64,000 bases of DNA from an uncultured Candidatus Saccharibacteria bacterium (GCA_964349945.1 CAYGIH010000001.1:297218-361217); one strand, 5' to 3'; positions 43,002 through 53,678 are shown, counted from the stretch's first letter. A program made the numbers and translations. Notes: generated by a model from the letters alone, not told the origin.

Positions 43002-44744
43002 ATGCAAGAAATAGAAAAAATAAGGCACTCACTCGCCCATTTACTCGCTGCGGCCGTTCTCGAACTTTATCCTGATACTTTAAACACTATTGGACCAGCA
43101 GTAGACAATGGTTTCTACTATGACTTTGAATTCTCTGCCCCACTACCTGAAAGCGCTTTGAAAGATATAGAGAAGAAGATGAAAAAGCTCTCGAACACTT
43201 GGGAGAGCTTTGAAAAAAAAGACGTGACGGAGAAAGAAGCCAAGGAAGTTTTCAAGGGTAATCCATACAAACTCGAACTCATCGAAGAGATTGTGGCCAA
43301 GGGAGAGAAGCTTACACTTTATACTTCAGGTAAATTCACCGACCTCTGTCGTGGAGGACATGTAGAAAATATGAAAGATGTTTCTATGGATGCTTTCAAA
43401 CTCTCTCGAATTGCCGGAGCTTATTGGAGAGGAGATGAGAAGAATAAAATGCTTACTCGTATTTATGGATTGGCTTTCACTACAGCCGAAGAACTTGAGG
43501 TCTATGAAAAGCAACAAGAAGAAGCTCGCAAGAGAGACCACAGAAAGATTGGCAAGGAGTTGGACCTTTTCACTTTCTCTGATTATGTTGGCAGTGGTTT
43601 GCCTCTATATACTCCAAACGGCGCACTGATAAGAAGACTCTTGAATGACTATGTAGAATCACTCCAAAGCAAATCTGGATATACCCAGGTTTGGACTCCT
43701 CAAATAGCCAAGGCCTCCCTTTTCAAACAATCTGGCCACTATGACAAATACAAAGACGACATGTTTAGAGTGGTTTCAAACTACACCGAAGAAGAATTTT
43801 TCTTGAAGCCGATGAACTGTCCTCAACATACTCAGATTTATGCGAGTCAACCAAGAAGCTATAGAGATTTGCCTCTTCGCTACTCTGACTTCGCCATGCT
43901 CTATAGAGACGAACAACCTGGGCAACTTTCTGGTCTGGCTCGAGTACGTTCTTTCTCCCAAGATGACTGTCATATTTTCTGCAGAGAGGACCAAGTAGAT
44001 GAGGAAATAGATGTGGCTCTAGAGATGACTAGAAAAATCATGGAAACTTTTGGCCTTAAATATAAATACAGACTTTCAACCAGAGACCCAAACAAAATTG
44101 ACTCTTACCTCGGTGACCCAAAAATCTGGGACAAAGTAGAAGCTTGGGCAGAAAATATTATGCAGAGGAACAATATTGAATTCATCCCTGGACCCGGTGA
44201 AGCTGCCTTTTATGCACCCAAAATGGACCTTATAGCCACTGATGCACTCGGACGTGAATGGCAACTTTCTACAGTTCAAATTGATTATGTTATGCCTGAG
44301 AGGTTTGATTTAACTTATACAGATTCAGATGGGAAGCAAAAACGCCCAGTAATGCTCCACCGAGCTATCATCGGTTCAGCTGAGAGGTTTATGATGATTC
44401 TCCTTGAACACACAGCAGGCAATCTACCCCTTTGGCTTTCTCCAACTCAAGTGAAAGTTATTCCTGTAAGAACCAACCACAATGAATATGCAGAGAAAAT
44501 TTCTAAACTACTTGAAGAACAAGGTGTTCGTATTAATCTTGATTTAAGAGATGAAAACCTTGGGGCCAAAGTTAGAGAAGCCAAGAATCAAAAAATTCCT
44601 TATTGGATAGTTATTGGAGACAAAGAAGTCGAATCAAACACTGTCACCCTAGAATCCAGAGACCACGGTCAACTCGGACAAATTACTAGAGAAGAATTGG
44701 TTTCAAAACTCACTGAAGAAATACAAAACAAAAAACAAAGCTAG
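43002..44744 (+). CDS. thrS: Threonyl-tRNA synthetase
   Basis: N-terminal editing/second-additional domain (HSLAHLLAAAV), class II catalytic core (FRDEQPGQLSGLARVRSFSQDDCHIF) and anticodon-binding C-terminus. Confidence 0.95.
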   Translation: MQEIEKIRHSLAHLLAAAVLELYPDTLNTIGPAVDNGFYYDFEFSAPLPESALKDIEKKMKKLSNTWESFEKKDVTEKEAKEVFKGNPYKLELIEEIVAKGEKLTLYTSGKFTDLCRGGHVENMKDVSMDAFKLSRIAGAYWRGDEKNKMLTRIYGLAFTTAEELEVYEKQQEEARKRDHRKIGKELDLFTFSDYVGSGLPLYTPNGALIRRLLNDYVESLQSKSGYTQVWTPQIAKASLFKQSGHYDKYKDDMFRVVSNYTEEEFFLKPMNCPQHTQIYASQPRSYRDLPLRYSDFAMLYRDEQPGQLSGLARVRSFSQDDCHIFCREDQVDEEIDVALEMTRKIMETFGLKYKYRLSTRDPNKIDSYLGDPKIWDKVEAWAENIMQRNNIEFIPGPGEAAFYAPKMDLIATDALGREWQLSTVQIDYVMPERFDLTYTDSDGKQKRPVMLHRAIIGSAERFMMILLEHTAGNLPLWLSPTQVKVIPVRTNHNEYAEKISKLLEEQGVRINLDLRDENLGAKVREAKNQKIPYWIVIGDKEVESNTVTLESRDHGQLGQITREELVSKLTEEIQNKKQS

Positions 44745-44989
44745 ACGCTTTGTTGTGGATCGTAGTGACACGGATTGTTGTGACATCTCACCACAACACT
44801 CGTATCATGTGCGAAGAAAACTTTCTGACACTTCGGACAAACTTCATCCTTGGCCCCTGCCGCCAGAGCTTGTTTTCTGCTTATGGCGGAGCAAAAATCT
44901 AGCCCAGCTGCTTCTGTTTCAACATGAATGGAAAGATCAATCTTGTCATCTTCTTCAAACGTACCACCAAACAAGTCTTTCGTCGACAT
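44741..44989 (-). CDS. Hypothetical zinc-ribbon protein
   Basis: 82 aa with CPKC…CHNNPC. It overlaps the thrS 3' end tail-to-tail by 4 nt. Confidence 0.35.
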   Translation of the reverse strand: MSTKDLFGGTFEEDDKIDLSIHVETEAAGLDFCSAISRKQALAAGAKDEVCPKCQKVFFAHDTSVVVRCHNNPCHYDPQQSV

Positions 44990-45032
44990 AGACTCTCCTT
45001 GGAGTTTCTTTGTTTATTATCTCACATTAAAA

Positions 45033-47102
45033 CTAGGCATCAATGTTGGCTTTCTTTGCGTTTGATTGAATGAAAGATTTTCTACTTGGGACATCTGTAC
45101 CCATAAGGATATCAAAGACTTTATCTGCATCACGACCATCTTCTACTGTCACTTGTTTGAGGATTCTCACAGCAGGATCCATAGTGGTTTCCCATAACTC
45201 CTCTGCATTCATCTCTCCGAGACCTTTATATCTTTGGATTGAAACCTTCGAAGATTTTTTGGATTTCTCATTTGTTTCTTCTTCAACCTCTTCAACTTCT
45301 GGGGCTTCATCCGTTTCAATAATATCTTCTATCTTTACATCTTTACCAATTATTTTATTTTTCTCTTCATCAGAGTACGCATAATGAATCTCTTTTCCTA
45401 TTTTTATTTTATAAAGAGGTGGTTGAGCAATGTATACGAATCCAGAATCAATAAGTGGACGGAAGAATCTATAAAGCAAGGTTAAAAGCAATGTACGAAT
45501 GTGTGCACCGTCCACATCGGCATCTGTAGCAATAATTATTTTATGATATCTGAGTTTAGAAATATCAAATGTATCCCCGATGGCTGTCCCTAGAGCAACC
45601 ACAAGATTTTTGATTTGTTCTGATGCAAGCATTCTGTCTAAACGAGCACGTTCAATGTTCAAAATCTTTCCTCTAAGTGGCAGTATGGCTTGGGTTCGAC
45701 GGTCACGTCCCATTTTGGCTGTACCTCCGGCTGAATCTCCCTCTACTATGAATATTTCTGATTCTTCTGCTGATTTGGACTGACAATCTGCGAGTTTACC
45801 CGGGAGAGTCATACCCTCTAGGGCACCCTTTCTGAGTACTGAATCCTTGGCTGCTTTGGCTGCCTTACGTGCTCTAAGGGCCAAAACAACCTTTTGAATC
45901 ATCGCCTTTGCATCATCTGGATTCTCTTCTAGAAAGGCAGTAAAAGCATCTCCAAAAACTGTTCCTACCATACTCTGAGCTTCTACTGAACCTAATTTAC
46001 CCTTTGTCTGACCTTCAAATTGAATCTCTCGGAGTTTAACTGAGATAACCGCAGTGAGTCCCTCGAGCACATCTTCACCAGTAAAATTGTCCTCTTTGTC
46101 GCTCACCAAATTATTCTTGCGGGCATAGGTGTTTATAGTCCTCGTAAGAGCAGTTTTAAATCCAGTGACATGTGTTCCTCCTTCACCATTATAAATATTG
46201 TTCGCAAACGGTAGGATGCGAGAAGAAATATCATCTACATATTGGAGCGCCACTTCGACTGTCTCATAATCATTGCCGTTCGTAGCCTTCTCTACATAAA
46301 AAATATTTTTATGAATTGGTTTTTGAAGTGCGTTTTCAAATCGAACGAGAGACACAAGTCCTCCTTCAAAATAAAATGACATCGAAGGTACATCAAGCTC
46401 AAGCTCTCTAATATAAAATACTTCTGTATCTTCTACATTCGAAAGTTCTCGAGCATCGATGACAGTAATACGAAGACCTTTGACCAAATATGCTTGCTGA
46501 CGAAGATGTTCAACTACTTTATGAAAATCAAATGTGGTGTCAGGGAAAATTGAACCATCTGGTTGAAAGGTAATTATCGTTCCATTGTTTTTTGTCGTTC
46601 CAACTTTTTTTACAGAACCTCGTTTCTTGCCTATAGAATATTCTTGGACATAAATACCTCCGTCTTTGTGTACTTCAGCTCTGCAATATGTTGAGAGTGC
46701 ATTCACCACCGATGCCCCTACTCCATGCAAACCTCCAGAAACTTTGTAACCACTATCTTCTCCTCCAAATTTTCCTCCAGCATGAAGTTGGGTCATTACC
46801 ATCTCAAGAGCTGAAATTTTTGTTTGCTTGTGAACATCAACAGGAATACCTCGTCCATTGTCTACTACTCGGACTTTGTTTTCGGGCAAAAATGCCACCT
46901 CAACATCATTCGCGAATCCACCCATAGCCTCATCCCTAGAGTTATCAAAAATCTCCCAAACTAAGTGGTGCAAACCATCTGGGCCAGTTGTCCCTATATA
47001 CATTCCTGGTCGTTTTCGAACAGGATCAAGTCCTTCGAGAACAGTGATAGATTCGGCGCTATAGTTAGCCGTTTTTTTGTCTTTTTTATCTTCCTTAGCC
47101 AT
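45033..47102 (-). CDS. gyrB: DNA gyrase subunit B
   Basis: GLDPVRKRPGMYIGTTGPDGLHHLVWEIFDNSRDEA (GHKL ATPase), a Toprim region (EIFIVEGDSAGG) and a C-terminal tail. Confidence 0.95.
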   Translation of the reverse strand: MAKEDKKDKKTANYSAESITVLEGLDPVRKRPGMYIGTTGPDGLHHLVWEIFDNSRDEAMGGFANDVEVAFLPENKVRVVDNGRGIPVDVHKQTKISALEMVMTQLHAGGKFGGEDSGYKVSGGLHGVGASVVNALSTYCRAEVHKDGGIYVQEYSIGKKRGSVKKVGTTKNNGTIITFQPDGSIFPDTTFDFHKVVEHLRQQAYLVKGLRITVIDARELSNVEDTEVFYIRELELDVPSMSFYFEGGLVSLVRFENALQKPIHKNIFYVEKATNGNDYETVEVALQYVDDISSRILPFANNIYNGEGGTHVTGFKTALTRTINTYARKNNLVSDKEDNFTGEDVLEGLTAVISVKLREIQFEGQTKGKLGSVEAQSMVGTVFGDAFTAFLEENPDDAKAMIQKVVLALRARKAAKAAKDSVLRKGALEGMTLPGKLADCQSKSAEESEIFIVEGDSAGGTAKMGRDRRTQAILPLRGKILNIERARLDRMLASEQIKNLVVALGTAIGDTFDISKLRYHKIIIATDADVDGAHIRTLLLTLLYRFFRPLIDSGFVYIAQPPLYKIKIGKEIHYAYSDEEKNKIIGKDVKIEDIIETDEAPEVEEVEEETNEKSKKSSKVSIQRYKGLGEMNAEELWETTMDPAVRILKQVTVEDGRDADKVFDILMGTDVPSRKSFIQSNAKKANIDA

Positions 47103-47181
47103 TGTATGTGTGCCTTATATTATAGCAAATTTAATAACCAAAGGAAAGTCATTTTATGGCTTAAAATGGGGATAAAATTGT

Positions 47182-48330
47182 CTAAACTAACCTAATTGAA
47201 CCTCCAAATTCAGAAGTCGTCATTTCTTCTATTTTTGAATGGAAATCATTCACTTCTGCATTAGTTAAGGTTCTGTCCAAGCGTCTATAAGTGATGCGGA
47301 AGGTATAGCTCAATTTGCCTTCTCCGAATTTCGCTACATTCTCATATTTGTCCAAAAGTTCTACCTCTTCCACGAAACCTTCTCCTACTTCTCTAATACG
47401 ATCAAAATAATCATTCGGTATAAATTTATTGGAAACAACAAAAGAAATGTCTCTAACCACGCTTGGGAACTTGCTGACCTCCTTGAATGTTTGGCCAAGT
47501 ACTAGTTGTTTTTTTACTCTCTCATCATCTGACCAAAGAAGCCTAATATCTGGAAGTTCCATACTAACCATAGCCAATCGTTCAATACCTTGTCCGAAAG
47601 CCCAGCCAGTCCAGATGCTCGAATCAATACCAAACTTTTCTAAAACACTCCCCTTCACCACTCCACTTCCAAGTACTTCTAACCACTTACCGTTTTTTTC
47701 TATTTCCATTTCTAGTGATGGATGCGTATAAGGGAAAGTGTCTTCATTAAATCTATACTTCACATCTGGGCCATAAACCGCCTTGGCTATGCTTATAAGC
47801 GCATTCTGCAAATCTTCTATTCCAATTGTTTTCTCATCTTTATGAACCAAATACCATCCATCTATTTGGTGAAAGACGTTCATGTGATTTCTATCTATTT
47901 CATCCTTGCGATAAACTTTGCCATAACTGAAACAACCCACTGGTTTACCTTCAGCCATCTTTTTCTTCACCTCAGGTTCAAGCAGATAGTAATACCACAT
48001 TACTGTTGTGTGAGTACGGAGAATATGTTTGTCATCCACATAATATGTATCAGACTTTGAACGTGCTGGGTGATCTGCGGGGAAATCAAATAGATCAAAG
48101 CTTATATCAGCCCTGACTATTTCAGGTACCTCTATGACATCAAGGTCCTTAAAGTCAGGAGAAGCGATTATCTTTTCAACTATATCGTTTATAGGGCTAC
48201 CCTTGGTCCTCGAAAGATCGGGCATAGAAAGATAGCGCTTTATTCTCTCTGAATCAAAATCATGCTTGGTACCAAGCATTTCTACAAACTTTTTTTGCTC
48301 ATCGAGCGGAACTTTGTACGTATTTTTCAT
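47182..48330 (-). CDS. pheS: Phenylalanyl-tRNA synthetase alpha subunit
   Basis: Class II motifs (…RFNEDTFPYTHPS.EMEI…, FGQGIERLAMV). Confidence 0.9.
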   Translation of the reverse strand: MKNTYKVPLDEQKKFVEMLGTKHDFDSERIKRYLSMPDLSRTKGSPINDIVEKIIASPDFKDLDVIEVPEIVRADISFDLFDFPADHPARSKSDTYYVDDKHILRTHTTVMWYYYLLEPEVKKKMAEGKPVGCFSYGKVYRKDEIDRNHMNVFHQIDGWYLVHKDEKTIGIEDLQNALISIAKAVYGPDVKYRFNEDTFPYTHPSLEMEIEKNGKWLEVLGSGVVKGSVLEKFGIDSSIWTGWAFGQGIERLAMVSMELPDIRLLWSDDERVKKQLVLGQTFKEVSKFPSVVRDISFVVSNKFIPNDYFDRIREVGEGFVEEVELLDKYENVAKFGEGKLSYTFRITYRRLDRTLTNAEVNDFHSKIEEMTTSEFGGSIRLV

Positions 48331-48397
48331 TAGTCCTTAATTATACAAAATAGGTTGAAAAAGTCTAAATAAACGCTATAATTGATGGGATTTCAAC

Positions 48398-49645
48398 ATG
48401 ATGACAGTCAGCCAGATAATCCTATCTGTTTCTCTATTTATCTCACTTTTTTTTGAGATATTTGTATTAATAACTTTTTTTGAGACAAAAGAGGAACTTA
48501 AACGCGAAGAGGAGTTTTTGAAAAAGAAAATTGAACACTATCCTTCTGTGACTATTATTGTCCCCGGATTTAATGAAGGAGAAACTGTCACTGCGACGGT
48601 TAAGTCACTTTTATCCTTGGATTATCCAAAAGAGAAATTGTATCTAATGCTCGTGGATGATGGTTCAACAGACAATACTTTTGAGGTTATGAATCGATTC
48701 AAGAACCATCCTCAAATTCAAATCTTTAGAAAAGAAAATGGGGGGAAACACTCTGCTTTAAATTTTGCACTTGAAAAAATTGACACTGATCTTGTTGGAT
48801 GCCTAGATGCTGATTCGTTTGTATCTACTAATGCACTAAAGTTGATGGTTCCGCTTTTCTTGGATAAGGCAACTATGGCAGTAACACCAAGCATTAAAGT
48901 TCAGGAGGAAACAAATATTTTACAAAAAATTCAGAAAATTGAATATAACTGGGGAATTTTCTTTCGTCGCATGCTTTCTTCGATGGGGGCAATGTATGTG
49001 ACTCCTGGACCATTTTCTATATTTAGAACCAAAGTTTTTAGAGACCTAGGTGGCTACAGACATGCCCATCATACAGAAGATATGGAAATGGCTCTTCGTA
49101 TGCAAAAGAATCACTATAAAATTGTAAATTCAGTTAACGCTCATGTTTACACCATTACTCCAAAGAAGTTTAAAAACTTGTTCAAACAGAGAACACGCTG
49201 GACCTATGGTTTTTTAAATAATGTTATTGACTACAAGGAGATGTTTTTCAATAAAAAATATGGCCACATTGGTTTCTTTATTCTCCCTATAGCCAGTATT
49301 TCTATACTAAGTTGTTTATATGCAGCTGGTATGCTTATTTGGCACCTTGGACAGAATTTTATGGATATGATCAATAGATTTAATGCTGTAGGATTCTCTC
49401 CTAAATTCCCAAATTTTCATTTAGATTGGTTCTTCTGGAGTACAAGCATTACTACATTTTTAGTAATAACAGCTGTAGCCATAAACATCGCATTACTCAT
49501 TATGTCTGCAAAAATGGCTAAAGAGAAAAGTTTGATAGGCAAACCTCTGCTTTATTACCTTGCAATTTATGCATTAATTGTACCTACTTGGATAGCCAAG
49601 GCTACATACAGCACTCTGTTCTCCAAAGAGATTAGTTGGAGATAA
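48398..49645 (+). CDS. Family 2 processive beta-glycosyltransferase (NodC/PgaC/chitin-synthase-like)
   Basis: VTIIVPGFNEGE, LVDDGSTDNT, CLDADSF (DxD) and KQRTRWTYG (QxxRW), with C-terminal TM segments. Confidence 0.8.
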   Translation: MMTVSQIILSVSLFISLFFEIFVLITFFETKEELKREEEFLKKKIEHYPSVTIIVPGFNEGETVTATVKSLLSLDYPKEKLYLMLVDDGSTDNTFEVMNRFKNHPQIQIFRKENGGKHSALNFALEKIDTDLVGCLDADSFVSTNALKLMVPLFLDKATMAVTPSIKVQEETNILQKIQKIEYNWGIFFRRMLSSMGAMYVTPGPFSIFRTKVFRDLGGYRHAHHTEDMEMALRMQKNHYKIVNSVNAHVYTITPKKFKNLFKQRTRWTYGFLNNVIDYKEMFFNKKYGHIGFFILPIASISILSCLYAAGMLIWHLGQNFMDMINRFNAVGFSPKFPNFHLDWFFWSTSITTFLVITAVAINIALLIMSAKMAKEKSLIGKPLLYYLAIYALIVPTWIAKATYSTLFSKEISWR

Positions 49646-50355
49646 ATATTATGAGCAGTAAAAAATACATTTTTGCTTTTTTAATTACCGCCTTGATTTT
49701 TGGTACTGCAATTTATACTAGTAACTTTTTAAATCAAAAAAAATTAGAGGATATTAGAAGTGTAGAGAACAGAATGTCTTTAAACATTTTATCTGGAGAA
49801 ACTCAAACCGCTTTACTCCAAGAAACTTCCTGCAAGGATGTAACCAGTTCCTTTCTTTCCCATGAATTGAGTGACCTAGGAGACAAACTTTCTTATGCTG
49901 CCAGCCAAAACAATCCTGATAGTGCTGAGATACAAAGTTTGAAACAGTATTATTCTCTTCTTGAAATTAAGGATTACTTACTAATGAAACACATTTCAGC
50001 TAAGTGCGGAATCTATCCGGCCTTTATACTTTATTTTTATTCAGATAAAGACAGGTGTCCTGATTGTGAGAAAACTGGTTATGTCTTAGATGCTCTTCAT
50101 GACAAATACCCAAATCTACGCATATATTCTTTTGATTATTACTCAACTGAACCTGCGGTTAAAACACTCATCTCAATTTATCACGTTGAGAACAACCTCC
50201 CTGCACTTATTATAAATACAGATCCTTATTATGGATTTAGAAGTCTAGACACCTTAGAAACCACTGTCCCAGCCATCAAAAGACTTAAAGCAGAATATAC
50301 AAGAAATCTCGAAACAAAAAAACAGAATACCTCTAGCACCAGTTCAGAAATATAA
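49636..50355 (+). CDS. Membrane-anchored hypothetical protein with a CPDC motif, co-transcribed with the GT2 gene
   Basis: 239 aa with an N-terminal TM segment, overlapping the GT2 stop by 10 nt. DRCPDCEKTGYV suggests a thioredoxin-like CxxC. Confidence 0.45.
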   Translation: MEINIMSSKKYIFAFLITALIFGTAIYTSNFLNQKKLEDIRSVENRMSLNILSGETQTALLQETSCKDVTSSFLSHELSDLGDKLSYAASQNNPDSAEIQSLKQYYSLLEIKDYLLMKHISAKCGIYPAFILYFYSDKDRCPDCEKTGYVLDALHDKYPNLRIYSFDYYSTEPAVKTLISIYHVENNLPALIINTDPYYGFRSLDTLETTVPAIKRLKAEYTRNLETKKQNTSSTSSEI

Positions 50356-50360
50356 TTTTT

Positions 50361-50433
50361 GAGCCACCTCCCAGATTCGAACTGGGGACCTTCGCTTTAC
50401 AAAAGCGTTGCTCTACCAACTGAGCTAAGGTGG
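50361..50433 (-). tRNA. tRNA-Thr (anticodon UGU)
   Basis: Minus sense reads GCCACCT TA GCTC AGTTGGTA GAGC A ACGCT TTTGTAA AGCGA AGGTC CCCAG TTCGAAT CTGGG AGGTGGC T. It forms a full cloverleaf with U33 and A37 and a TGT anticodon. No CCA is encoded. Confidence 0.85.
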
Positions 50434-50448
50434 CAAACGAGCCCTATA

Positions 50449-50889
50449 CTAACCTTTTTTCTGTCCCCCTTCAAGGGTCTCTTTGTTCGCTTCATCCATA
50501 TCCTTTATGGCTTCGGCGGTCTCCTCCTCTAAATCCTTCATATTCTTGAAAAACTCTGAGATACCCTCCTTGTTTCTAGAGTTTAAAAATTTAGTATTTC
50601 TGATATCACCAACATACTTTTCAAATTTTTCTCTAAGTAATGCTTCTGTTTTGTTGGCAATATTCTTTGCTTGCAGTGGAAGCTGCTTTTTTATCACTAC
50701 TTCAGACTTCTCTTTATAGAAAGAATATTTATGAATTAAATTATTTGAATATTCTCTGATATGTTCGTCAGCTCTGCTTATCATTCTGAGGGCCCAAACC
50801 GATCGATGTCTACGTAGTTCAAAACTCTTTGCAAGTAAGAGAAGAATAATAACTACTCCAGAGAGAACAAAAATAATAAAAGAAAACAT
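50449..50889 (-). CDS. Membrane-anchored coiled-coil protein, hypothetical
   Basis: 146 aa with an N-terminal TM segment. Confidence 0.4.
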   Translation of the reverse strand: MFSFIIFVLSGVVIILLLLAKSFELRRHRSVWALRMISRADEHIREYSNNLIHKYSFYKEKSEVVIKKQLPLQAKNIANKTEALLREKFEKYVGDIRNTKFLNSRNKEGISEFFKNMKDLEEETAEAIKDMDEANKETLEGGQKKG

Positions 50890-50903
50890 AGATTTATTTT
50901 ACA

Positions 50904-51494
50904 CTATTCTGAGACAGAGAACCTTACAAACCGACGAATTTCTGTTCTTTCACCGAATTTTTGAACCGCACTGTTTACTACATCCTTGATTTTCAATTCT
51001 GGGTTCTTTATAAACTCCTGATCTAGCAATACCTTGTCTGCAAAGTATGCGTCTACCTTCCCATTAAGGATTTTCTCCTGCATTTCTACTGGTTTATCTG
51101 CTACTTCTGCTTTAAATGTCTCACTGACCTTAATCCTATCTGCATCACTTATATCTTCTCTCTTTAGATATGATGGGCTGGTCGCTGCGACGTGCATAGC
51201 TATGTCATAGGCCACTGCCTTGAATTCAGGATTCTTGGCTACAAAATCAGTCTCGCATGAAAGTTCAACCAAGACTCCTATTGATCCTGATGAATGAATA
51301 TATGAGGCGATAACACCTGAACCAAGGTTTCTATCCCCTTTCTTTCCTGCGATTTCACCTCCTTTCTTCTGCAATAAAATTTTTGCTTTTTCTTTATCTC
51401 CGCCCGCGTCTTCTAAAGCTTTTCTGCACTGCATTATAGAGAGTCCTGTTTCCTCTCTGAGTTTCTTGATTTCTTCTGTGGTAATTGTTGTCAT
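50904..51494 (-). CDS. tsf: Elongation factor Ts
   Basis: EEIKKLREETGLSIMQCRKALEDAGGDKEKA (UBA-like N-terminus) and the dimerisation core. Confidence 0.9.
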   Translation of the reverse strand: MTTITTEEIKKLREETGLSIMQCRKALEDAGGDKEKAKILLQKKGGEIAGKKGDRNLGSGVIASYIHSSGSIGVLVELSCETDFVAKNPEFKAVAYDIAMHVAATSPSYLKREDISDADRIKVSETFKAEVADKPVEMQEKILNGKVDAYFADKVLLDQEFIKNPELKIKDVVNSAVQKFGERTEIRRFVRFSVSE

Positions 51495-51526
51495 ATTAAA
51501 AACAAACTTAAACCTATTAAAAGAAC

Positions 51527-52282
51527 TTATTTAACTTTTGGTGCTTCTGCTTCAACAGGCTTCTGTCTCATTTTGCCTGCCCTGAAAGCATTTACTATCT
51601 CTCCTAAAACAAGATTTATACTTGAAACACTTGAATCATTTGCTGGGATGGCAAACTCGACATCATGGAGATTACAATCAGAGCCAGCTAGCGCCACAAC
51701 AGGAATCCTCATACGTTTAGCTTCTTCAACAGCGATATGTTCTTTCTTTGGATCTATAACCACCATAATCTTTGGAAGAGCTTTCATAAGGTGAAGACCA
51801 CTAAAATACATAGTGAGCTTGGCAATATCTCTGTCTATTAGGAGTCTTTCCTTCTTTGTATATTTTCCAAGTTCTCCCTTTTCTTTTTGAGTAGTAAGGT
51901 CTTCAAGCTTCATCACTCTCTTTCTTATCTCTGGGAAGTTAGTAAGAGTTCCTCCAATCCATCGTCCGTGTACATAAGGCATAGAGAGAGCGTCCCCAGC
52001 ATTCTTTACTCCTTGTCTTGCTTCACTCTTGCCTCCAACAAAAATAAGTGTGGCTCCTTCTGCAGCCTTGTCCTCAATAAACTTTAGAGCCTTCTCAAGC
52101 TCTAGCTTTACCTTCTCTAGGTCGAAGATTTCAATCTTATTTTTTGAGCCAAAGATAAAAGGCTTGGCACTTGGGTGTCTTCGGCTTTTTACGAAACCAA
52201 AATGAGCTCCTGCCTTGAAGAGCTCTGCGATTTTGGGGTCATTTATTACTACTTTGTCTGCCATATTTGGTCGAACTATCAT
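51527..52282 (-). CDS. rpsB: 30S ribosomal protein S2
   Basis: …LFKAGAHFGFVKSRRHPSAKPFIFG…, collinear with S2 and arranged in the canonical rpsB-tsf order. Confidence 0.95.
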   Translation of the reverse strand: MIVRPNMADKVVINDPKIAELFKAGAHFGFVKSRRHPSAKPFIFGSKNKIEIFDLEKVKLELEKALKFIEDKAAEGATLIFVGGKSEARQGVKNAGDALSMPYVHGRWIGGTLTNFPEIRKRVMKLEDLTTQKEKGELGKYTKKERLLIDRDIAKLTMYFSGLHLMKALPKIMVVIDPKKEHIAVEEAKRMRIPVVALAGSDCNLHDVEFAIPANDSSVSSINLVLGEIVNAFRAGKMRQKPVEAEAPKVK

Positions 52283-52306
52283 AACAAAAGGGCTCTATTA
52301 TTGCAA

Positions 52307-53287
52307 TTATTCCCCATCTTCCCCCCCTGTTCCGAACTCTTTCGCATTGGCTAAGGCATCTATGATTGGGTCGAGATACCCGAGGAAAATCTTCTCTATA
52401 TTGTGCCAAGATTCTTTGATTCTGTGGTCGGTGATACGGTCTTGAAGGATATTATAAGTTCGAATCTTCTCTGAACGGTCGGCTGTCCCTATCTGGCCCT
52501 TTCTGTTGGCTGAATGTTTAGACGCTTCTTCTTCATCTTGCTTGGCTTGAAGTTTGGCTATGAGGATAGACATAGCTGCTTCACGATTCTTCAACTGACT
52601 TCTTTGTGAGGTTGAGCGCACATCTATGCCTGTGGGTTTATGTATAATCCTGACCGCCGTTTCTACTTTGTTCACATTCTGTCCTCCAGCTCCACCTGAA
52701 CGGGAAGTTTCTATTTCTAAATCTGTTGGCTTTATTTCTATATTAGTTTTCTTCCTTAGAGGCAAGATAGCGACAGTGGCTGTAGAAGTATGTACGCGTC
52801 CCATTTTTTCTGTGGCCGGTACTCTCTGTACTCGATGAACACCTGTTTCGAACATAAGTTTTTTGTAGCAATCACGACCACGAATTTCAAATGAAGCTTC
52901 TTTGTATCCACCCATAGAACTATCTGATGAATAAAGTTTCTCCACTGTCCATCCTTGGAGAGCTGCATACTTTGAATACATCACTGCCAATTCTTCAGCA
53001 AAGAGTGATGCCTCTTCTCCACCAGCTCCAGCACGAACTTCAAGGATAACTTCATTTGGGAACTCTTCTTCTTTCTCTTCTTCCTTTAAAATATTCTCCA
53101 TCTGCCCCATTATCTCTTTCTTTTGTATCTCAATATTCTTAAGTTCCTCCTCGGCCATAGCTTTCATCTCTGCATTTTCACCGGCCATATCCATGATATC
53201 TGCTTCTTCTTTTTCTAAACGAAGAAAGCTCTCAGCCAAGTATGAGGTTTTTGGATTATCTTTAAATTTTTGAATATCTTCGTTCAT
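52307..53287 (-). CDS. prfA: Peptide chain release factor 1
   Basis: GGQ motif ([17 protein letters not shown]) and the PAT tripeptide ([17 protein letters not shown]) that defines RF1. Confidence 0.85.
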   Translation of the reverse strand: MNEDIQKFKDNPKTSYLAESFLRLEKEEADIMDMAGENAEMKAMAEEELKNIEIQKKEIMGQMENILKEEEKEEEFPNEVILEVRAGAGGEEASLFAEELAVMYSKYAALQGWTVEKLYSSDSSMGGYKEASFEIRGRDCYKKLMFETGVHRVQRVPATEKMGRVHTSTATVAILPLRKKTNIEIKPTDLEIETSRSGGAGGQNVNKVETAVRIIHKPTGIDVRSTSQRSQLKNREAAMSILIAKLQAKQDEEEASKHSANRKGQIGTADRSEKIRTYNILQDRITDHRIKESWHNIEKIFLGYLDPIIDALANAKEFGTGGEDGE

Positions 53288-53303
53288 TGTTATTATCTTA
53301 CCA

Positions 53304-53402
53304 AAAAAAGTAAGTTTCTACTGACTTGCACAGGCTGTCGAGCCGAGCATGAGCAAAATTTCCAGCAGGAAATTATTGCGTTCAGTAGAAACTTACTTTT
53401 TT
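53304..53402 (-). terminator. Long structured hairpin (21-bp perfect arms) between rpmE and prfA
   Basis: AAAAAAGTAAGTTTCTACTGA …57 nt… TCAGTAGAAACTTACTTTTTT. The inner loop contains a further AATTTCC-TGCT-GGAAATT hairpin. A U-tract follows on the minus transcript. The right arm overlaps the rpmE stop. Confidence 0.5.
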
Positions 53403-53656
53403 GATTTGGTTGCTTTAGCTTGCTTGTTCTTGAATCTTTCCACACGACCAGCAGTATCTAGAACCTTTTCTTGTCCTGTATAAAATGGGTGTGAGCTTGA
53501 GGTGATTTCTACCTTAAAAACTGGATATTCCTTGCCATTCTTAGCTTTGGCTGTTTCCTTAGTAGCCACAGTTGATGGTATGAGAAATTCAGCTCCGTTT
53601 GAGCTGTCAATAAATAAAACTGGTCTATATTCCTGTGGGTGTATCTCCTTTTTCAT
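53393..53656 (-). CDS. rpmE: 50S ribosomal protein L31 (type B, no Cys)
   Basis: MKKEIHPQEYRPVLFIDSSNGAEFLIPSTV…SSSHPFYTGQEKVLDTAGRVERF. The start was set at Met16. Confidence 0.85.
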   Translation of the reverse strand: MKKEIHPQEYRPVLFIDSSNGAEFLIPSTVATKETAKAKNGKEYPVFKVEITSSSHPFYTGQEKVLDTAGRVERFKNKQAKATKSKK

Positions 53657-53678
53657 AGGAAGTTTACTATAGCACAGA

